Source: an uncultured Candidatus Saccharibacteria bacterium (lineage in GTDB: Bacteria > Patescibacteriota > Minisyncoccia > Minisyncoccales > RBG-13-42-11). Taken from it: a DNA stretch of 50,161 bases. Below the pieces are notes generated by a model. The model ran no database searches and had not been told where the DNA came from. It worked only from the letters and a program-made list of their open reading frames with translations. Position numbers and translations under genes: made by a program. The stretch is from the NCBI GenBank assembly GCA_964467045.1, contig CAYXOH010000001.1, positions 4,850-55,010 of the forward strand. The letters are read 5' to 3'. Numbering within the stretch: the stretch's first letter is position 1; each line of letters starts with the position of its first letter. Below are positions 1 through 7,476 of the stretch, in pieces.

Positions 1-1025
1 CTGTCAATTCTGACATTAGCTGTGATAGTGCCTGCTCCCAATCTGCAGCCTTTGTCAAAGATTGAATCTCCAAAATATCCTGAATGAGTATGAACGTCTT
101 CCTGAAAAATTGAGCGGGTAGCTTCAGCTAAAGCGCCGATTAAAACATTGTTTTCTAAGTTTGTATATTCCCTGACCAAAGAATTATTACCGATTACGCA
201 GTTGTCCCCGATATAACAAGGTCCCTTAATCACTGCTCCTTCATATATTTTTGCATTATTGCCAACATAAACTTTTCCTTTAATAACAACGTTTTTAGAA
301 ATCTGAGCTGAATTCTCAATTTTCCCCTTTAAGTATTTATCCATTAACATCTTGGTTATTTTTAATAAATCCCAGGGATATTTTAGAGACGGCACTTCTT
401 GTTCTACGTTTATTGCTAATCCTGCACCCTTTTCTTTGATGTAAAGGTTGAGTGCTTCCTCAAAAGCATACATTTTTTCCTCAATCCTTTTGAGATAATC
501 AATAAACTCCTTGGGCAAGATGTAAATTCCAATTACTCTAATATTTGAGGGTTCCTTGCCCTTTTCTGGTTTTTCTACCAAACCTATTACCTTATCTGGA
601 TTTGATTTATCCCTTACAAGGATGCCGTAATCCCAGGGCCTATCAGTTTCCTTACTGAACAATACTAATTCTGATTTTCCTTTTTGCAATTTTAATATGT
701 CCTCTATCTCAAAATGGTATGGATCTAAAACTAAAAACTGGCCATCAACCAAGCTTTCTGCCTTTAGAATGGCATCGCCCATTCCTTTCGGTTCTGGTTG
801 AACTACGTATTTAATATCAATATTAAATTGATACTCTTTCAATCCCTCTTCAACTTCTTTTTTAGGATCTTGAATTATGATAATATCTTTAATCCCGGAT
901 TCCTTTAAACTTTCAATAGTATACCAAATCAAAGGTTTCCCCATTATTTTAAGGAGACATTTATGACGCTGGTTCAGGGGCCAGAAACGAGATGACTCCC
1001 CGGCTGCTAAAATTACTGCCTGCAT
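1..1025 (-). CDS. Sugar-1-phosphate nucleotidyltransferase with C-terminal left-handed beta-helix domain (GlmU / archaeal ST0452-like); C-terminus lies beyond the window edge
   Basis: Not in the ORF track (no stop inside the window). My reverse translation from the ATG at 1025 reads [54 protein letters not shown]... (LAAGxxxR NTP-transferase loop). The window edge reads ...[19 protein letters not shown] (hexapeptide repeats). The start overlaps the yvcK-like stop by 13 nt. Confidence 0.8.
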   Translation of the reverse strand, partial: MQAVILAAGESSRFWPLNQRHKCLLKIMGKPLIWYTIESLKESGIKDIIIIQDPKKEVEEGLKEYQFNIDIKYVVQPEPKGMGDAILKAESLVDGQFLVLDPYHFEIEDILKLQKGKSELVLFSKETDRPWDYGILVRDKSNPDKVIGLVEKPEKGKEPSNIRVIGIYILPKEFIDYLKRIEEKMYAFEEALNLYIKEKGAGLAINVEQEVPSLKYPWDLLKITKMLMDKYLKGKIENSAQISKNVVIKGKVYVGNNAKIYEGAVIKGPCYIGDNCVIGNNSLVREYTNLENNVLIGALAEATRSIFQEDVHTHSGYFGDSIFDKGCRLGAGTITANVRID

Positions 1026-2023
1026 AGTTTATAGATAACTTTTGCTAATTTTTTTGAATCATGAAAGACAATTGTTCTTTGATTAGCGTCTTTCACAAGA
1101 ATATCTGCTGAATCCAATTGACGTATTCTATTGTCCAAAAATCTTCCCCCAATAAATTTTTTATTTTTTATCGGGTTACTATCATAATCAATAAATTCTG
1201 CTTTGGGAAATATCTTTCTAACTTTTTTCATTAATTCCGGTTTTAATTTTTCGGTATTAAATATTACATAATCAAGAATTCCTTTCCCTAAATATTTTTC
1301 AAGAATTCTTACAAAATCTTCAACTTTAAAATTATCAGTATTTCCCTCTTGAGTCATAAGGTTACAAATGAAGATTTTCTTACCTTTTGAATGTCTTATA
1401 GACTCTGAAACACCATCAACCAAAAGATTTGGCAGTACACTCGTATAAAACTTTCCGGGTCCAATAATGATAACATCAGCATTCTTTATTGCTGAAATTG
1501 CTTTTGGGTTTGCCTGACTTTCGGGATTCAAAGAAATGTCCTTTATTCCTATTCTGGATACGCTTTTTGAGTTAATAATACTTTCTTCTCCTGTTATTTT
1601 CTTATTATTTTTCAAGGTTGCCGTTATTCTTGCCTTTCTTAAGGTTATGGGATATATTTTTGCCTTTATATTTAATCTCTTGCTTAACTTTCTAATGGCT
1701 TTATCCCAATTCCCTTTTTCCTCTTTGACTGCTTTAACAATTAAAAGATTCCCCAAATTATGCCCCTTAAAGGGACCGATATCAAAACGAAAATGAAAAT
1801 CCTTTATAAAATCTTTATCTTTTGAAGTAGCAATTAGACATTGACGAATGTCGCCGGGAGGAAGAATGTGAAAATCTCTAGCTAATTTACCACTTGAACC
1901 GCCATCATCAAATACCGTAACAATAGCGCTCAACTCTAAGGGAAAATCAACTAAACCAGATAAAATCATAGAAACTCCTGTTCCCCCTCCAAGACAGACG
2001 ACTTTTTTAACTCCCTTTGACAT
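1013..2023 (-). CDS. yvcK: YvcK/GlmR-type protein (CofD / UPF0052 family)
   Basis: 336-aa ORF. The [10 protein letters not shown]-terminal loop and the FDDGGSSG and LPPGDIRQC motifs are hallmarks of the YvcK/CofD family. Confidence 0.8.
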   Translation of the reverse strand: MSKGVKKVVCLGGGTGVSMILSGLVDFPLELSAIVTVFDDGGSSGKLARDFHILPPGDIRQCLIATSKDKDFIKDFHFRFDIGPFKGHNLGNLLIVKAVKEEKGNWDKAIRKLSKRLNIKAKIYPITLRKARITATLKNNKKITGEESIINSKSVSRIGIKDISLNPESQANPKAISAIKNADVIIIGPGKFYTSVLPNLLVDGVSESIRHSKGKKIFICNLMTQEGNTDNFKVEDFVRILEKYLGKGILDYVIFNTEKLKPELMKKVRKIFPKAEFIDYDSNPIKNKKFIGGRFLDNRIRQLDSADILVKDANQRTIVFHDSKKLAKVIYKLCRQ

Positions 2024-2058
2024 AAATTCTCTTTTATTGTAGAATAGACAAGTAAATT

Positions 2059-3318
2059 ATGCAAGATAAATTTCTGATAAAAGGTGGTATTTCTCTTTCT
2101 GGAGAAGTAGAAATCTCAGGATATAAAAATGCAGCGGGAGCAGTTCTGGCTGCTGCTTTGCTTTCTAAGACCCCTTCAACAATAGATAATCTGCCTTTGG
2201 TGTCTGATGTTTTAAACCAAATTGAAATCTTAAAACAGATAGGAGCTGAAGTAGAATGGCTAGATCAGAAAAAAATTAAAATAAATCCAGCTAATATTAT
2301 TCCGGAAAGAATTCCTACAAATCTTTTTGAAAAAATGAGGGTTTCGGTTTTATTTATAGGGCCTCTTTTAGCCAGATTTAAAAAACTAAGGATACCACAT
2401 CCTGGCGGAGATAAAATTGGCTTAAGGCCAATTTCTACTCATCTCAAAGCTCTTGAAGATTTTGGAGTAAAAATTGAAGAAAAAGATGGCTTTTATTATT
2501 TTGAGGCACCAGACGACCTGGAAGGAAAAAAGGTGGTTTTGAAAGAATTTTCCGTAACAACAACTGAAAACTTAATGATGTTAGCTGCTTTATCCAAAGG
2601 AAAAACAAAAATTGAACTAGCTGCTGCTGAACCTCAGGTTCAGGACCTGGGAAACTTCCTAAAAAAGATGGGGCTGCCAATTGAAGGAATAGGCACTCAT
2701 ACAATTACCATTGAGGGACAAGAAACCTTGAGGGGAACAGAATTTAAGATTTGCCCTGATTTATTGGAAGCTGGCACCTTTTTAATCGCTCTTGCCCTGA
2801 CAAATGGTGAAGGAAGAATAAAGAACGTAAATCCTGACCATCTAACAATGTTTTTAGAAAAATTAAAAGAAATCGGAGTTAATCTCGAAACTTCTGATAG
2901 TGAAATCTTAATTAAGCCATCCAGCGAACTAAAATGCGCAAAAATTCAGGCTCTGCCCTATCCCGGATTCCCAACTGACCTTCAGCCTCAAATTTCAGTT
3001 TTACTGACTCAAGCCCAAGGGAAAAGTTTAATCCATGAACCTTTATATGAAAACCGCTTTCAATATCTTCACGAATTAAGAAAAATGGGGGCAGATATTG
3101 AAATTACCGACCCTCATCGGGCTTTAATTTTTGGCAAAAAAGAGTTGACTGGCAATAATCTAAACGCCTTAGATATTCGTTCAGGCGCTGCTCTAATTTT
3201 AGCGGGTTTAATTTCAAAAGAAAAAACCTTAATTGAAAATATTTCTCAAATTGACAGGGGTTACGAAAAAATAGAAGAGAAGTTAAGAAAACTCGGCGCC
3301 CAAATCGAAAAAATATAA
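2059..3318 (+). CDS. murA: UDP-N-acetylglucosamine 1-carboxyvinyltransferase
   Basis: 419-aa ORF with a MurA-type N-terminus (KGG..LSGEVEISGYKNAA) and typical length. The active-site loop reads HPGGDKIGLRPI, with Asp at 2410-2412 where E. coli MurA has Cys115. Confidence 0.95.
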   Translation: MQDKFLIKGGISLSGEVEISGYKNAAGAVLAAALLSKTPSTIDNLPLVSDVLNQIEILKQIGAEVEWLDQKKIKINPANIIPERIPTNLFEKMRVSVLFIGPLLARFKKLRIPHPGGDKIGLRPISTHLKALEDFGVKIEEKDGFYYFEAPDDLEGKKVVLKEFSVTTTENLMMLAALSKGKTKIELAAAEPQVQDLGNFLKKMGLPIEGIGTHTITIEGQETLRGTEFKICPDLLEAGTFLIALALTNGEGRIKNVNPDHLTMFLEKLKEIGVNLETSDSEILIKPSSELKCAKIQALPYPGFPTDLQPQISVLLTQAQGKSLIHEPLYENRFQYLHELRKMGADIEITDPHRALIFGKKELTGNNLNALDIRSGAALILAGLISKEKTLIENISQIDRGYEKIEEKLRKLGAQIEKI

Positions 3319-3346
3319 TTTTTAACAGGTTAAATTCTATTTTAAA

Positions 3347-3372
3347 AACCGCCTTCCTGGCGATTTTTTATT
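3347..3372 (+). terminator. Weak intrinsic terminator candidate after murA
   Basis: A-run, then a CGCC-ttcct-GGCG stem (only 4 bp), followed by ATTTTTTATT. Confidence 0.3.
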
Positions 3373-3475
3373 ATTCTGTTACTCACTATTTTTTTGAAAA
3401 TTAAAAAGGCCAAAAAAAATTAATAAAAGGTGATACTGAATCACTTTTGTAGGTTGAACGAGAATTAATGAGATT

Positions 3476-3934
3476 TTAAACAAATCGCTTTTTCTTGATA
3501 AAAAGTACTATGCTGCCTATTACACCAACTAAAAATGCTATTGGGCAAACAAAGATTGCCATGATAAAGAAAAAAGGCTCGTCCCCCCCTGGGCCAATTC
3601 TATCCCAAAAACCTTGACCAAAAAAGTAAATAAATAAACCGTAAATAAAGTTGTGTAAAATAATGCTGACAGGCATCCCAATAACAGAAGCTCCTGTAAG
3701 TAGTAAAAACCTCTTGGGCCATCCTTTTACTCTTTCCTTTAAGGTTAAAAATGTCAAAATTACACCAAGAAGAAGAGATATAATTGCAAGAGTGACGAAA
3801 AGTGGCCAAAGGGGACGCCTTACGGGCATTGTCATTGGGATAAAAATATAACTTACTGCCATAATAAAAGTTACGACCAAGGTCCAAAATACTGTTGTTA
3901 GTAAAAACCCTTTTCTTTTAATTAAGTTTTCCAT
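3476..3934 (-). CDS. Hypothetical integral membrane protein (about four hydrophobic helices)
   Basis: 152-aa ORF, strongly hydrophobic, with no recognisable family. The nested antisense and alternative-frame ORFs in the track are ignored. Confidence 0.6.
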   Translation of the reverse strand: MENLIKRKGFLLTTVFWTLVVTFIMAVSYIFIPMTMPVRRPLWPLFVTLAIISLLLGVILTFLTLKERVKGWPKRFLLLTGASVIGMPVSIILHNFIYGLFIYFFGQGFWDRIGPGGDEPFFFIMAIFVCPIAFLVGVIGSIVLFIKKKRFV

Positions 3935-3942
3935 ATTTAATT

Positions 3943-3951
3943 ATTCTACCA
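3943..3951 (-). promoter_or_regulatory. Extended -10 (TGGTAGAAT) 8 nt upstream of the ATG at 3934; predicts a leaderless mRNA
   Basis: The minus strand reads ..TTTTTTGGTAGAATAATTAAATATG. The same module recurs at 4636-4644. Confidence 0.4.
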
Positions 3952-4067
3952 AAAAACCGTCTGATTGGCGATTTTTTTTTACGAGCTCCCCCAGTTCAAA
4001 GCTTATTATAATTCTGGAAAACAGGGATTATATGGCGGGGATGAAGGAAAAATTGGCGGAGATTAAG
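3943..4067. repeat. Copy 1 of a duplicated ~130-bp intergenic control module
   Basis: ATTCTACCAAAAAACCG..GGCGA....CCCCAGTTCAAAGCTTATTATAATT..GATTATATG..GATGAAGGAAAAATTG..GGAGATTAAG, shared with 4636-4768. Confidence 0.85.
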
Positions 4068-4112
4068 AATATCTATAAAAATTTAAACCTATTCGCTGTC
4101 GAAGCTAAATAG
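4032..4112 (+). CDS. Candidate 26-codon small ORF (MAGMKEKLAEIKNIYKNLNLFAVEAK)
   Basis: It starts inside repeat copy 1. A paralogous ORF starts at the same point of copy 2. There is no strong SD; expression is unproven. Confidence 0.25.
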   Translation: MAGMKEKLAEIKNIYKNLNLFAVEAK

Positions 4113-4125
4113 AGTTAGAATGTAT

Positions 4126-4629
4126 TTATTTAAGGTTATCAACCAATGTTCCGCTCATAGAAGCGGGAAAAGTAACGATTATGATGCGTTTTAAGGCCAA
4201 AATCCAATCCGTCTGCCAGGGAGCTTGTTGAATTAGCGTCATTAAAATAGAAACAACTACTAAAGAAAGCAGATAAGTAAAGACAATTCTTTTAAAAAAT
4301 TCGAGCTGATGTCCTTTAATGTTGCCTTTGTAAAAATTAAAATAAACAAAGGCAGAAATAAACAAAAGAGACATTATAAGTATCCCAAATACGTTGTTTA
4401 ATGGTAATTTTCCACCTAAATCCCAAACTTCTTGAGTAAAGCTTACGGGAATAGATAAAATTGCAGCTCCCACAATTACCTGAAGAGCATCTTTTAAATG
4501 GAACTCAACCATAAAAGGAGACAGTGTTTTATGAAGTACCTTCCCTCCTTCATCTTTAATAATAAGTAATTCTTTTAATATCCCGCCCACTCGGACAATT
4601 CTTCTAATTGTTTTGAATTTTTCCGTCAT
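4126..4629 (-). CDS. DUF2391-like integral membrane protein
   Basis: 167-aa ORF. A soluble N-terminal segment is followed by about four TM helices, an arrangement I recognise from the DUF2391/TIGR02587 family. The family call is from memory. Confidence 0.65.
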   Translation of the reverse strand: MTEKFKTIRRIVRVGGILKELLIIKDEGGKVLHKTLSPFMVEFHLKDALQVIVGAAILSIPVSFTQEVWDLGGKLPLNNVFGILIMSLLFISAFVYFNFYKGNIKGHQLEFFKRIVFTYLLSLVVVSILMTLIQQAPWQTDWILALKRIIIVTFPASMSGTLVDNLK

Positions 4630-4635
4630 TATCCA

Positions 4636-4644
4636 ATTCTACCA
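4636..4644 (-). promoter_or_regulatory. Extended -10 (TGGTAGAAT) 6 nt upstream of the ATG at 4629; predicts a leaderless mRNA
   Basis: The minus strand reads ..TTTTTTGGTAGAATTGGATAATG. Confidence 0.4.
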
Positions 4645-4768
4645 AAAAACCGCCCAAAAGGCGATAAGTATAATAAGGAGTAACTCAATCCCCAGTTCAA
4701 AGCTTATTATAATTTTAGAAAATAGAGATTATATGAGTATGATGAAGGAAAAATTGATGGAGATTAAG
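4636..4768. repeat. Copy 2 of the duplicated intergenic control module
   Basis: See 3943-4067. A 25-nt core, CCCCAGTTCAAAGCTTATTATAATT, is identical in both copies. Confidence 0.85.
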
Positions 4769-4807
4769 GAGTTTTACAGAACGCCGATTTTGAGTTTGGG
4801 GAAATAA
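4733..4807 (+). CDS. Candidate 24-codon small ORF (MSMMKEKLMEIKEFYRTPILSLGK)
   Basis: Internal ATG of track ORF 4613..4807. Paralogue of 4032-4112 (M-x-x-MKEKL-x-EIK shared). Confidence 0.25.
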   Translation: MSMMKEKLMEIKEFYRTPILSLGK

Positions 4808-4846
4808 AAAAACGGATATTGGCACTTGCCTCACCGTCTTTCTTTC

Positions 4847-5158
4847 TTATTTTTCTTTATCTGGTTTGATAATAATGCCGACTCTTTTATAGCCACCACC
4901 TGGTTTAAGGTTAGAAACATTCCCGCATCCCCACTCAGTCTTCTTCTGACTTGCTAAGGTTATATTCAACCCTCTTAAATCGCTTAAATATTCACATCTA
5001 ACCCGTTTTCTCGTCCAACTGTCGTTAGTTTCAGGACCAGCCCAGGGAAGATAGAAAGGACAAGTATCTTGTTCCGCACAAAGAATTCTGCCACTTTCAT
5101 ACGGATTATTTCTTATCTCTTCTATTTTTAATGCTGTTAATGTGCTTTCTTTTGCCAT
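4847..5158 (-). CDS. Hypothetical 103-aa Cys-containing protein
   Basis: Start moved to MAKESTL.. (ATG 5158) because AAAGGAGGATAAG precedes it. The longer track ORF would also run through the iorB terminator hairpin. Confidence 0.6.
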   Translation of the reverse strand: MAKESTLTALKIEEIRNNPYESGRILCAEQDTCPFYLPWAGPETNDSWTRKRVRCEYLSDLRGLNITLASQKKTEWGCGNVSNLKPGGGYKRVGIIIKPDKEK

Positions 5159-5202
5159 CTTATCCTCCTTTAATGTTGTATTTTTAATCTTACTAATTTG
5201 TA

Positions 5203-5229
5203 TAAAAAAAATCAAGCCCTGATGGCTTG
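5203..5229 (-). terminator. Intrinsic terminator after iorB
   Basis: The minus strand reads CAAGCC-atcag-GGCTTG followed by ATTTTTTTT. Confidence 0.6.
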
Positions 5230-5236
5230 AAAATCG

Positions 5237-5260
5237 TAGCTCCGGGGGTAGGATTCGAAC
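5237..5260 (-). other. Isolated tRNA 3'-end-like fragment (T-loop, 3' T-stem, 3' acceptor strand)
   Basis: The minus strand reads GTTCGAATCCTACCCCCGGAGCTA. The upstream bases cannot form the 5' half of a T arm, so this is not a tRNA gene. Confidence 0.4.
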
Positions 5261-5267
5261 TTTTAGA

Positions 5268-5822
5268 TTAGCTTTTTACCAAATTAAAGGTTTTGAGATT
5301 CAATTCCAGATATTTTGCTGGAATTATTTTTTTAATAGCTTTTTCAATAGAATTTGGTTTTATGGGAATTAATCCTTTAAAAACAGCAAAACTGATTAAA
5401 TAAATTCCAGAAACCACATCTGTACCAAGCTTTTCTTTACAAATTTCTGATGCGGGAATCAAATTAATGTTCTTGCTAATTTTCTTCAGGCTGTCTAAAA
5501 TTTCTTTCTCGGCCAGATTTTTTACCAAGGGGATAGGAATAATATGTTTGTTGATTAAAAACCTTGTCTTTTGATTAGCAAAATTGAGCGCTCGCAAAGT
5601 CTCCTGCATTTCCAAACCTAAAATCAAATCAGCTCTCCCTTGGGGTATTAAAGGTGAATAAACCTTCTTGCCAAGTTTAATATGAACCTCAACAGAGCCG
5701 CCTCTTTGAGATAAGCCGTGAAGTTCAGAAGTTCTTATATCAAGCCCCTCAATTAAAGCGGCTTCAGCAATAATCTGCAAAAGAGTAATTAACCCTTGGC
5801 CGCCCGTTCCGACTATCACCAT
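5268..5822 (-). CDS. iorB: Indolepyruvate/2-oxoacid:ferredoxin oxidoreductase subunit beta
   Basis: MVIVGTGGQG(LIT) N-terminus and length fit IorB/OFOR gamma-type subunits. The ATG at 5822 is preferred over 5855, which would overlap the iorA end. Confidence 0.8.
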   Translation of the reverse strand: MVIVGTGGQGLITLLQIIAEAALIEGLDIRTSELHGLSQRGGSVEVHIKLGKKVYSPLIPQGRADLILGLEMQETLRALNFANQKTRFLINKHIIPIPLVKNLAEKEILDSLKKISKNINLIPASEICKEKLGTDVVSGIYLISFAVFKGLIPIKPNSIEKAIKKIIPAKYLELNLKTFNLVKS

Positions 5823-5833
5823 ATTAAACTGGC

Positions 5834-7465
5834 CTATTTTTTTATCTGGATACATGGTCTTTTAGCAATTATTACTGAAACCTCTGGTTTTCCTAAAAAT
5901 TCTTTTATGGTTTGAATAAATTCCTTCTGGTTTACAGGATCAATTGTTTTTACATTCTTTACCCCACAGCCCCTGATAACTGCTTCAATTTTAATTCCAT
6001 TAGGCGTAACGGGAGCTGCCGGATGAGGCTGATGGCCGGTCATAGCAGTAGTTTCGTTGTTCAGAATAATAATTAAAGGATTTGATTTGTTAAAAACTGT
6101 ATTAATTAAGGCAGGAATTCCGGCATGAAAAAAGGTGCTGTCCCCGATAATAGTTATTAACTTTTGGCCAGTAGCTTTTTTAATTCCGTGAGCAATGCCA
6201 ATTGAAGAACCCATACAGGAAAGATAATCTTGAAGATAGTGGGGCGGAAAACCGGCTAACATATAACAGCCGATATCTCCGCCAAAAACTACATTTTTAG
6301 TATCAACGGCTTTTTTAATCCCTCCAAAAACCAACCAGTAGGGACAGCCGGGACAGAGCTGGGGGAAACGTTTGGGAGCCTGTCTTTTCAATTTGACAGG
6401 TGGCATTTTGTACTTTTTATTTGTAAATTTAGCAATGGCCGAGGTAACAATTCCGGGCTTTAGTTCATCAACTTCAGGAATTAACTTTTTACCAGCCACT
6501 GCCAACTTACAGTTTACTTCTTTAGCTATTATTGCTACTTCTTTTTCTAAAAACGGCTCTAATTCTTCAACTATTAAAACTTTTTTAAAGTTCTTAATAA
6601 ACTTTTTAATTTTCTTTTCGGGCAAAGGATAAAAAAATCCCAGCTTTAAAACTGGTAAATCTAAATTCAGTTCTTTTAATGCTTCCATAACATATAAATA
6701 AGATATACCTGAAGTAATTACTCCCAAACTGGATTTTTTTGATGATTGTTTGTTGATTTGGGATTCTTCGGAAAACTCTCTTATTTTATCAATCTTTTCT
6801 AAAAGTTCTGTTTTCATCTCCATAACTCTCGGCGGCAGAGTAACAAACTTTTTGTAATCTTTAACAAATCTTCCTTCCGGGGTTTTTGATTTAGTAAACT
6901 GGATTTTACTCAAGCTTACTATGCCTCTCTGGTGAGCTACCCTGGTAGTTGTTCTTATCATCACCGGAATTTTAAACTTTTCTGAAATTTGGAAACCTAA
7001 TTTAACAAAATCCTTACATTCTTGAGGATCGGCCGGCTCTAAGGTTGGAATGTGGGCTAAATAAGAAATTCCCCTGGTATTCTCTTCTGACTGGGCTGAG
7101 CTGTGACAGGAAGGATCATCAGCTGATATTATTACTGTCGGACCCTTGGTTCCTGTATAGACAAAGGGAAGTAAAGCATCTAGGGCAACATTTGTCCCGA
7201 AATTCTTCATGGCCATTAAGGTTTTTAATCCGGAAAAAGAAGCGCCGACAGCTGCTTCTAAAGCTACTTTTTCATTTGTCGAAAATTCAAAATAGACCCC
7301 TACTTTAGGGGCAATTTTAAAGAAAGTATTGCCAATTTCTGAAGCTGGCGTTCCAGGATAAGTAGAGACAAATTGAACGCCCGATTCAAGGGCGCCTCTG
7401 ACAATTGCTTCGTTACCAAGTAAAATGATTTTTTTCCTTGGTTTATTCAAAAGGAGTTCCTCCAT
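5834..7465 (-). CDS. iorA: Indolepyruvate:ferredoxin oxidoreductase subunit alpha (TPP-binding)
   Basis: 543-aa ORF with GNEAIVRGALESGV, GTPASEI, CPGCPYW and GDSTFFHAG (TPP) motifs. The ORF ends at ..AKRPCIQIKK, so the C-terminal 2x[4Fe-4S] module found in many IorA proteins is not encoded. Confidence 0.85.
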   Translation of the reverse strand: MEELLLNKPRKKIILLGNEAIVRGALESGVQFVSTYPGTPASEIGNTFFKIAPKVGVYFEFSTNEKVALEAAVGASFSGLKTLMAMKNFGTNVALDALLPFVYTGTKGPTVIISADDPSCHSSAQSEENTRGISYLAHIPTLEPADPQECKDFVKLGFQISEKFKIPVMIRTTTRVAHQRGIVSLSKIQFTKSKTPEGRFVKDYKKFVTLPPRVMEMKTELLEKIDKIREFSEESQINKQSSKKSSLGVITSGISYLYVMEALKELNLDLPVLKLGFFYPLPEKKIKKFIKNFKKVLIVEELEPFLEKEVAIIAKEVNCKLAVAGKKLIPEVDELKPGIVTSAIAKFTNKKYKMPPVKLKRQAPKRFPQLCPGCPYWLVFGGIKKAVDTKNVVFGGDIGCYMLAGFPPHYLQDYLSCMGSSIGIAHGIKKATGQKLITIIGDSTFFHAGIPALINTVFNKSNPLIIILNNETTAMTGHQPHPAAPVTPNGIKIEAVIRGCGVKNVKTIDPVNQKEFIQTIKEFLGKPEVSVIIAKRPCIQIKK

Positions 7466-7476
7466 ATAATATTATT

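Noticed and set aside
5823-5855. A longer iorB start (MYPDKKIGQFN) and, similarly, the longer Trm9-like starts at 47199/47223.
   Set aside because: The extensions overlap the preceding or divergent gene, and the family-typical N-termini begin at the internal ATGs. The longer forms cannot be excluded without N-terminal data.
6795-6835. A possible decayed element copy in iorA. The plus-strand TTCTGTTTTCATCTCCA matches the ogt copy for 16 nt, and the protein reads ..TLPPRVMEMKTELLEK.
   Set aside because: There is no partner arm for the first hairpin and no GC-rich second hairpin. I also cannot show that the segment is an insertion relative to other IorA proteins. It is kept only as a candidate for a genome-wide model search.
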